From the NCBI GenBank assembly GCA_964474855.1, contig CAYYUB010000001.1, forward strand, positions 1 through 45,121: a stretch of DNA of 45,121 nt, in the 5' to 3' direction. The position numbers and the translations under genes are program-made. This DNA comes from an uncultured bacterium (lineage in GTDB: Bacteria > Hydrothermota > UBA3072). Positions 21,501 to 28,191 of the stretch are shown in pieces. Each line of letters begins with the position of its first letter. Positions within the stretch are counted from its first letter, which is position 1. The notes under the pieces were generated by a model. It was not told the origin of the DNA. It did no database searches and saw nothing but the letters and a program-made list of their open reading frames with translations.

Positions 21501-22646
21501 CCCGGGAAGATATTGGGGGTAGTCACCAAAGACCGTATTACAGCGGATGTTGCTATCAGCGTCAACAGCAACCGGAAAAAGACCTAAACGGCGTTCGAAC
21601 ATATGTTTGACCGAGATAGTCATCGTTGCAATATGCCAATAGTTACTATCTTTATCCATAAATGTGCAACCATGTCCCGCCCCTGAGATAAAACCGGTCG
21701 GTTTAAATGAAAAAGGACTGTACGTCGCATATTGAAAGGGTCCTTTTGCTGAATCGGATGATACGTAGATACCATCTGCATACGTTTTGAACTCCGTTCC
21801 TGGGGCAGCATAATGAAGGTAGTATTTATTATTTATTTTGTTCATCCACGCTCCCTCAATCCAAGGTACTTCATCCAACAAATTATCATCTCCTCGTCTT
21901 TCCCACCCATGTGATGAAGCCATTGAAAAAACCAAGTCGACTTCACTACCTTTTTCCTGAAATGTTGTGGGGTCGAGTTCAACCATACGAATATTCGCAA
22001 TGGTTGTTGAATTAGTTAGTCCATGATACATATATAACCTTCCATCATCATCGAGGAAAAGAGCCGGATCGCCATACGATCCAATACTTGGTCCTTCCGT
22101 CCAAACACCCGATTTAGGGTCGGCAGTCTTGTAGATTGTACCAGTTGCAGAAGGAGCATAATATACAGTATCCCCTATAACTAATGCAGCAGGTGCATAA
22201 CTTTCGATGTCGATACCAGTCGGAATAATAAGTGTCCAATTATGAAGATCTGTGGAAGTCCAATAGCCACCTGAGCGAGAAGCAAAAAGATAATAGTCAT
22301 CTTCGAACAAAATTACAACCGGGTCAGCGGCTTCACGGGCATCAATTGCATCAGACATAAATCTATAATTTAGATTTAAAGGATTACAGAAGGTTTGTTG
22401 CGCCTTAGCAGTCTGTGTTGCCAGAAGTAAACCGCATAACAATTGAAAGTATAAAATCCTGGCTCTCGGCGTTATTGGTTTTCGGATATTATTTTTGAAA
22501 GTGCTTAATATACAAACGCTGTCCGGCTTTTTTGCTAGTATTTTGCCTATGGCAACACTTGATGCACTGAGTAAACATGCTTTAAAAATAGAATATAGAA
22601 AAGATATTGAGATACTAAAACCAATTGTTAAAATTAATACTATCAT
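18528..22646 (-). CDS. 1372-aa T9SS cargo: GH43-like five-bladed propeller, F5/8-type C (CBM32-like), Fn3, about 650 aa of beta-helix-like repeats, and a T9SS CTD
   Basis: FCNPLNLNYRF...DPVVILFEDDYYLFASRSGGYWTSTDLHNW (clan GH-F). YWSAQSGDPGEWMLIDLGKECDIEAIQVNF (discoidin). VVRWDTVSNADGYVIRYG (Fn3). G/T/S/N-rich repeats (ININGDF...GGSINITGGQFSISGG...). CTD NYPNPFTSVTFIEY...LKVYNALGQEI...GVYFYRLTA...KKLLLVK. AGGAGG SD 7 nt before the ATG at 22646. Confidence 0.85.
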   Translation of the reverse strand: MIVLILTIGFSISISFLYSIFKACLLSASSVAIGKILAKKPDSVCILSTFKNNIRKPITPRARILYFQLLCGLLLATQTAKAQQTFCNPLNLNYRFMSDAIDAREAADPVVILFEDDYYLFASRSGGYWTSTDLHNWTLIIPTGIDIESYAPAALVIGDTVYYAPSATGTIYKTADPKSGVWTEGPSIGSYGDPALFLDDDGRLYMYHGLTNSTTIANIRMVELDPTTFQEKGSEVDLVFSMASSHGWERRGDDNLLDEVPWIEGAWMNKINNKYYLHYAAPGTEFKTYADGIYVSSDSAKGPFQYATYSPFSFKPTGFISGAGHGCTFMDKDSNYWHIATMTISVKHMFERRLGLFPVAVDADSNIRCNTVFGDYPQYLPGIESDPIDDNFAGMLLLSHKKFVTASSSLDGYGVENAVDEDARTYWSAQSGDPGEWMLIDLGKECDIEAIQVNFAEHNTVPSLVRGRDNILYERYIIENSNDGMNWDTLVDKSLNTQDVPHDFIELASTAQARYIKLTNIFTPGEGNFAVRDLRVFGNSNQAVFTPVAGFTVERDTDERNAVVRWDTVSNADGYVIRYGIASDKLYNNYMVYDVDSIEIHSLNAGVDYYFSVEAFDGGTDYYYSVGEFRSFESGPWNDVNTWEQYDGSAWINPASSIPNLSDGVIKILSGDTVTVTATDSIDQVIISSDGYLVINPGVTLLVKDGLGADLAVSGTLINYDSITQDISATISFLDGSRYVHERNGGSIPVSRWGKGSTCEVSSVTSESPSGLGQNFYHFTWDCLGQASDVSMGWNGDTILGNINIQNTGTGLWQLCTPTAGTPAVININGDFNQISGTVAAHMSNEGGTSVTINQGGSINITGGQFSISGGTQGGTGTTVWNLSGGNFSTSDASIQSVTTTPLGAGFVFKKAGVQSLNIGSGNTIDALPIEVDSGTTLNIGTSELTGSGHFILDSGATLETAHANGIDGNIQQIGDTIILSKSANYTYNGIVAQVTGSLLPDTANNLTLNNSMGLTLSGDVVVNGVMEMKDGLLLSVSEVLSYGEDGALKYSGSSDQTTAELEFPVVEGPKDLIISNNSGVNLHSTRQIRGNLNLGGKLVLGANALTARSATTESVTTAFVNTDGGGKLLLPVGNSTEVLYPIGASGGSTVSYCPLWITNNGDYDTISVGAVMDTTYQTTKPRIKLKWNIAEGAVDGGDYDLKFGWNPSSLHENNLFRSSREDNARIFLMGSDTTEAGSGDYEFNFTTRPYTVKRGGISELGMFAFVIGKFKDSVWTGVQIAEKPISYRLKQNYPNPFTSVTFIEYELPKDEKVDLKVYNALGQEIAVLERGKKEAGYHKVEWKASNLPTGVYFYRLTAGSFTGIKKLLLVK

Positions 22647-22815
22647 AAAGATTCCTCCTTATAATTCATTTAAAAATAAAAAGCTAAGATAAAAGACATT
22701 TATTATTCCTCTATATTTATTATAGTTTTATTGTTAGTTCTCTCTAAGTTTGATAATATAATATAAATTTCTATAATTGTCAAGATATCGAGAAATTTCG
22801 CCAGACGTTCCAAGG

Positions 22816-22832
22816 CAACTAATTTTTACCCT
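22816..22832. repeat. Left copy of a 16-17 bp direct repeat (candidate target-site duplication) flanking the IS
   Basis: caactaatttttaccc(t) at 22816-22832 recurs exactly at 24262-24278. Confidence 0.75.
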
Positions 22833-24261
22833 GTTGTTTTCATGCAATATGCCACATATTATTTTCAGAATAAATGTCATATTTTTATCCGTAAGATCTG
22901 TGCTTTAAAATATTCTCTATTAATTTCTCTTTCTTCACAAGAGAATTCTCCTCCGATATTTCTGTTTGATAGATAACTTTACCTTCATACAAAATCCATA
23001 TTGTACCTTCGGAAGATACTCTTACTTCTACTTTCTTTCTATATGGATTAAGTTTCCTCCTCGTTAGAGGAAGGAGTATCTCCTGTTTACAGAAACTTAT
23101 TGTGCTATCGTTTGATACACTCCTCACATACCTCCTGGTAAATACTAAATCAAGATTTATACCTCTATCACTTCTATAAACACTTCCTTCCACTCTTGGT
23201 CTTCTTTTAAATCTTTTATTCCAGTAAGAAATGAATACATCCCGGAGGAAACCATTTGCTTCTCTATAGTCTCTTATTTTTGCCAACCACATCTCATTTA
23301 TAAGTCTATCCTGGAGTGTTCCCAAATCCCTCTCTATCCTTCCTTTTGCCTGAGGAGAATTCGCAGGTATTAAGGTGATACCAAGATCTTTTAATATCTT
23401 TTCTATATGAGTCTCTTCATGTTCAATACTAACGTTATAATGTAATCCCCCATATCTGGTAGTTTTGAAATGGGAAGCTTTATCAACATACAAAGACATA
23501 AAAATTCCTTTATTTTCAACAACTTTCCTTATAACTTCCATATTGTTAAAGGAGGTATCTTTATAAAAAAACTTTGCAAATAAAAGTTCATTTGTGGCAT
23601 CGTCTATCATTGTTATGAGATACCAATCCTCCGGAATATTTTCCAACCATTGATAAGAAGGAAAGAATCCATCTGTATGAGCATTCCTTCTCTCGGCATC
23701 CGTTTTCTCCTTTTATAACCGCTATTTCCTTTTCTCTTTTTAGGTTTATGAAGTCTTTTTTCTATTAAAATATTCCTAATCGTACTGTAAGCAAAGATGA
23801 ATACCCTCTAAATCATTTAGCTTCTCATTGAAATGGGCTATATTAAATCTACTATCGTATTTCCTCTTAAATAAACCTGAAACTCTTTCTTTCAATAGGT
23901 TCGAAATACCTTTTCTTCCGCCTCTCTTCTTTGAAACAATCCCTTCAAGTCCTTTTTCTTTAAAAGCTCTTTTTAATCTTAAAGCGTGCCGATAACTGAT
24001 CCCTAAAAGTACGCTTACTTGATTACCTGTTATTTCTCTTTTAAGCCAGCTATTGATTATTTCATGTCTTTTAATATCTTTCATAGTAAGGGAATACTTT
24101 TCCAAGGTTACCTCCTTTTTCACAAAGGGGTAACCTTTTTTCTATCTTTTTTAATACAAAAAATATAAACCAGTTATTATAAATAAATGTCATGTTTTTC
24201 CTCTCAAATGCGACATTTATTTATGAAATTAAAATAGGACATTTATTTATAATAATGACAC
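22832..24261 (-). mobile_element. Decayed insertion sequence of about 1.43 kb, rve/DDE transposase, IS1202-group (ISNCY)-like
   Basis: Both ends begin TGT (TGTTGTTTTCAT at the left, reverse complement TGTCATTATTAT at the right). Subterminal AATAAATGTC motifs occur in inverted orientation near both ends (22869-22878; 24186-24196, 24226-24236, 24242-24251). Flanked by the 16-17 bp direct repeat. Carries an HTH-plus-integrase-core transposase. Confidence 0.75.
22885..24123 (-). pseudogene. Transposase (N-terminal HTH plus DDE integrase core) interrupted by two frame disruptions
   Basis: Track ORFs 23776..24123 (HTH part) and 22885..23646 (DDE part: ITMIDDATNE, LYVDKASHF, SPQAKGRIERD). A third frame between them reads AYSTIRNILIEKRLHKPKKRKGNSGYKRRKRMPREGMLIQMDS. 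Joining the three pieces needs shifts near 23793 and near 23661-23666, giving a protein of about 410 aa. Confidence 0.75.
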
Positions 24262-24278
24262 CAACTAATTTTTACCCT
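24262..24278. repeat. Right copy of the 16-17 bp direct repeat flanking the IS
   Basis: Exact repeat of 22816-22832. Confidence 0.75.
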
Positions 24279-24305
24279 TGACAATTACCAGATAATTATT
24301 ATGAT
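24278..24305 (+). promoter_or_regulatory. Candidate sigma70-type promoter (TTGACA-N16-TATGAT) at the IS/right-arm junction
   Basis: TTGACA at 24278-24283 and TATGAT at 24300-24305. It lies about 450 nt upstream of the receptor gene in AT-rich DNA, so a chance match is quite possible. FCB-group promoters may also differ from this consensus. Confidence 0.2.
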
Positions 24306-24757
24306 AAATCATATGGAAATATTTAGCTCAAATAATTTGATATGCCGGAATTTATTAACTTATGGTTATAAAGTTGTCCATATGCTGATTAGAAAATAAG
24401 GTAAAGAGCAATTGAATTATCGTGATTTTAAAAATTATATAATAGTTAAATATTGAAAGTAATAAGAGTAATGTTTGAAGAGTTATATAGTAAAAGTAGA
24501 GAAGTGTTTTTTTGTTAGGCTCACTGAAGTAAGGAGGGCATGATAAAAATTATAGGTGAGAAAGTTTGGGTGTTATCTATATCTATGTTTATTCTGTTTT
24601 ATCCGTGTGGTCAAAATTCTATCGAGAGGTTTCAATGTAGTTTGAATCATTATCCAAAATCTAAGGAGGTTTATAAGGCAAGAATGTTTGTCGAGTTTTT
24701 TGCGTTTAAATCAACTGGTTTAACTTATTTTGTAAACCCTAATGAAAGGAGGTTTTC

Positions 24758-27700
24758 ATGAAAAAAGCGGAAAGGGGAAGAGAGTTGTTGCCCAGGTGGA
24801 TTTTATATAGTTTGCTTGTATTTGTTGCGTTTTTTATGGTTACTCAAGATGCGAAAACGGCGGTCACCGGAAAGATTGCTGGTGTCGTCGTGGATGCTAA
24901 AACCGGTGAGCCTCTACCTGGTGCCAATGTTGTAATCGAGGGTACCGATAGAGGAACTGCCTGTGATGTGGATGGTTATTACTTCATATCAAGATTGGAT
25001 CCGGGTAATTATAGCCTTCAGGCCAGAATGATGGGTTATAAAACTCTTACGATGACCGGTGTTAGGGTTATATCAGGACATACTACTCCTGCCGAATTCC
25101 AGTTAGAGGCGACGGTTATAATGGGTGAAGGAGTGACTGTCCAGGCTGAGAGAGAAGTTATTAAGATGGACCTTTCTTCCGGTTTTTTCGTTGCGGATAA
25201 AAGTGAAATAGAAGCTGTTCCTCTTATCTCAGACGTGAAACAATATCTCAACTTACAGGCCGGGATGGCAGGCTGGAGTGTTAGGGGTGGTGGTCAAGGT
25301 GAGACCAAATTGCTGGCTGATGGTTTACTTCTTGTCGACCAGAGAGTAAACGAACCTATCATGATGCCCAACCTGAGCGAGATAAAAGAGGTAAGGGTGG
25401 AAAAAGGAGGGTTTGCCGCAGAATACGCGAATGTTCGTTCGGGAGTTATAAATGTTGTAACCAGAGAAGGTTCTCCCGGAAAATACGAAGGTTCCTTTGA
25501 ATTCAGATATACTCCCGGTTATCAAAAGCACAGCGGTAATTCTGTCTTTGACCCTGATAATTATAATAATGCGGTGTATTTATGGAACAAGCTGGATACT
25601 GGTTATTTGAATATTGTGCTGGATACGTTAGGTGATATTATTTCTCAGGATACGGTTATTAAATATGACAGCGTTTGCTGGAAAGGCCCTAGGGCCGTAT
25701 GGGGGGATGAAGACAGCCCGTTTTACGATACACTTAAATATGAACATTATCAAGGATTTATGACATTTGGTGGATGGATATATGAGGTAAGAAGAGATAC
25801 GAATATTACTACTGCTGAAATGCAGCGTGATAGATTTATGTGGATGCGCCGTATTAATGTACCCAGAACAGATTCTCTCTTATTAATCTATAACGGTGGT
25901 GATTCCATTTATGCTCCGATTTATCAAGATGATACTTTATTGATAGGTTATGAAAAGGTTGCTTATGATTTTAGTGATCAGGATAGGACTGGCGAATACG
26001 GCAATAAGCCGGATTGGACCTTGGACGCTGGCTTTGGTGGTCCCATTCCCGTTATTGGCAGTTATTTAGGGGATATGACATTTTATACTTCTTACAGGGA
26101 CCATAATGAAGCGTTTGCTATTCCGGACAGCAGGGATTATTACAGAGAACGCCAGACAAGTTTAAAGCTGACTTCTCGTTTTGGTAACTTTAAGGTAAAT
26201 ATGAAGGGTGCCCACTCAATTATTAATTCCCTTTCCCCGTACGGCGAGGGTCACATGTGGCAAGGGGATTATCCCTCGGGGGAAATCGGACAGGGCTACC
26301 TCCGAGGCGGGTCGGATATGTTGTTCGGCGTTGCGCATTATGCTGGAAGATGGCACGGCAGTAATAAATTAAATGGCGATCAGCTGTACAGAGTAAATGC
26401 GTTAACCCCGTTCGATATTACTTCCAGAATGTACGGTCTCGCGCTGCAGCATGCTTTGTCAGAGAATACTTTTTATGATGTACATTTGACTTATCTACGC
26501 AGGAACAATAGGGCTCAATACAATTATGATGTGCCGACTCGTATGATGGGAGATACAGTGGTGCTGTGGTTTGCAGATAGTATTGGAGAAACTAAATATG
26601 CTGTGGACGACGTCCCGTATGGTTGGGCTCACCCTCTACATGAAGACAACTATGGTGCTGATGCTAGTGGCAAAGCGTCATTCGGTTTTTCCCATCAATG
26701 TGGAACCTGGAATACTTCCTGGGCACAGACCTATAGCGCGAGTTTCGGTATGAACTCACAATTAAATAAGTACAATCTGATAAAATTCGGTTTTTCGTTT
26801 CAATATGATAAACTGCATGAATATTTTATTACCAATGAGGGATGGTTCTGGCCGGAGGAAGGCGAAGACCCAACCGAGTCGAGTGAGGGTTATTTTGTTA
26901 ACTATAGTTCATATCCTATTCTTGCGGGCGGCTATATTCAGGACAAGATTGAATTCGAAGGAATGTTTGCCAATTTTGGTTTGAGGTTCGATTACTCGGA
27001 CCCAAATATCGAGTGGCCAGATACTACAGAGAGATATTCGCTTTTCCTTTCTTCATGGTTTAAAGATTCTTTGTTTACTCAGGGTCCTGTGGAAGGCGTG
27101 GCTTCTACCTTTCAGATAAGTCCTCGACTTGGAGTTTCATTCCCGGTATTGGAAAAAAGCAAGTTGTTCTTCAATTACGGACATTTTTACTCCCTGCCAA
27201 CCAACGAGAACAGGTATAAGGTTATCTGGGGTGCACCGGGTGATCCGATTAGTTTCCTGGGGAATCCGCGTCTTACGATGGAGAGGACAGTTTCTTATGA
27301 GGTGGGTCTTGAAAGCAGCATAGCTAATACTTACTTAGCAAGGATTTCGGGTTACTATAAGGATACAGATAATGAGAGCGGTACGGTTAAATATTTAAGT
27401 TATTACGGAGATGTTAATTATACAACTAATGAAAATACCGGCTATGGCGATACAAGGGGTTTTGAATTTGAGTTTAGGAAAGACCATGGAAGATTTTTTA
27501 CTGGGTGGGTAAATTATGATTACATGGTGCACACATCAGGAAGAATTGGATTAAGGCAAAATTATGAGGATCCGCTGTTACAGTCAAATGAGGCAAAGGT
27601 AGACCCCAAGGAGGATAAACCCCTTCCGCAGCCAGTTTTCAGGGCTCTATTTACATTGAAGGTGCCTCAGGATTGGGGAATATTTTTAGGAGGTTATAAT

Positions 27701-28165
27701 CTTTCATTTTCGTATCAATGGAGAGCGGGTTACTATGATAGGTTTAATCCTTATGGTGGGGATTTTGATGAGGTTTTGGCAAATAATATCCAATGGCCGG
27801 CTACGCGTATTATAGATGTGAGTATAAACAAGAGTCTTTCGATCGGCGGTGCTACAGCTAATCTGTTTATGGATGTGCACAATATTTTTGACTGGGGTAC
27901 TCTGGATGCTCAAGGCTTCGACCCTTCTTTGACTGGTGGCGTAGACCGAATTGAATATCTTAAATCCCTTCATCTCGAGATCTTTGATGAGGAACCTTTT
28001 GTGGATGATGAATCGGTAGTCGGTCCTGAAGAACTGGGAGTCGAACCGGATCACGTTGGAGATTTGCGAAGTGCTGATAAACCATATATAAATAATCCCA
28101 ATAGAGATTACCTTTGGTACCTTGACCCCAGATATGTGCAGTTTGGAATAAGGTTCTCTTTTTAG
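24758..28165 (+). CDS. TonB-dependent outer-membrane receptor with N-terminal carboxypeptidase-regulatory-like domain (not obviously SusC-type)
   Basis: GKIAGVVVDAKTGEPLPGANVVIEGTDRGTACDVDGYYFISRLDPGNYSLQARMMGYK (CarboxypepD_reg fold). Plug-like VTVQAEREVIKMD...IEAVPLISDVKQYLNLQAGM. Long beta-rich barrel ending in the aromatic terminus VQFGIRFSF. AGGAGG SD. Confidence 0.85.
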   Translation: MKKAERGRELLPRWILYSLLVFVAFFMVTQDAKTAVTGKIAGVVVDAKTGEPLPGANVVIEGTDRGTACDVDGYYFISRLDPGNYSLQARMMGYKTLTMTGVRVISGHTTPAEFQLEATVIMGEGVTVQAEREVIKMDLSSGFFVADKSEIEAVPLISDVKQYLNLQAGMAGWSVRGGGQGETKLLADGLLLVDQRVNEPIMMPNLSEIKEVRVEKGGFAAEYANVRSGVINVVTREGSPGKYEGSFEFRYTPGYQKHSGNSVFDPDNYNNAVYLWNKLDTGYLNIVLDTLGDIISQDTVIKYDSVCWKGPRAVWGDEDSPFYDTLKYEHYQGFMTFGGWIYEVRRDTNITTAEMQRDRFMWMRRINVPRTDSLLLIYNGGDSIYAPIYQDDTLLIGYEKVAYDFSDQDRTGEYGNKPDWTLDAGFGGPIPVIGSYLGDMTFYTSYRDHNEAFAIPDSRDYYRERQTSLKLTSRFGNFKVNMKGAHSIINSLSPYGEGHMWQGDYPSGEIGQGYLRGGSDMLFGVAHYAGRWHGSNKLNGDQLYRVNALTPFDITSRMYGLALQHALSENTFYDVHLTYLRRNNRAQYNYDVPTRMMGDTVVLWFADSIGETKYAVDDVPYGWAHPLHEDNYGADASGKASFGFSHQCGTWNTSWAQTYSASFGMNSQLNKYNLIKFGFSFQYDKLHEYFITNEGWFWPEEGEDPTESSEGYFVNYSSYPILAGGYIQDKIEFEGMFANFGLRFDYSDPNIEWPDTTERYSLFLSSWFKDSLFTQGPVEGVASTFQISPRLGVSFPVLEKSKLFFNYGHFYSLPTNENRYKVIWGAPGDPISFLGNPRLTMERTVSYEVGLESSIANTYLARISGYYKDTDNESGTVKYLSYYGDVNYTTNENTGYGDTRGFEFEFRKDHGRFFTGWVNYDYMVHTSGRIGLRQNYEDPLLQSNEAKVDPKEDKPLPQPVFRALFTLKVPQDWGIFLGGYNLSFSYQWRAGYYDRFNPYGGDFDEVLANNIQWPATRIIDVSINKSLSIGGATANLFMDVHNIFDWGTLDAQGFDPSLTGGVDRIEYLKSLHLEIFDEEPFVDDESVVGPEELGVEPDHVGDLRSADKPYINNPNRDYLWYLDPRYVQFGIRFSF

Positions 28166-28191
28166 AAGAGAAGAAAAGGAGGTTATTGAAA

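Noticed and set aside
22885-24123. Programmed -1 ribosomal frameshift (IS3-style orfA/orfB) in the transposase
   Set aside because: Two separate shifts are required, not one. Neither site has an A-AAA-AAG-type slippery heptamer. The family has a single long HTH-rve ORF. Decay or sequencing error is more likely.
24540-24761. 73-aa ORF whose TGA overlaps the receptor ATG (ATGA), a possible leader peptide or coupled small gene
   Set aside because: The AGGAGG sits only 2 nt from its ATG, which is poor spacing. The sequence is AT-rich with no recognisable features, and ORFs of this size arise by chance in spacers. It should be re-examined only if conserved in orthologous loci.
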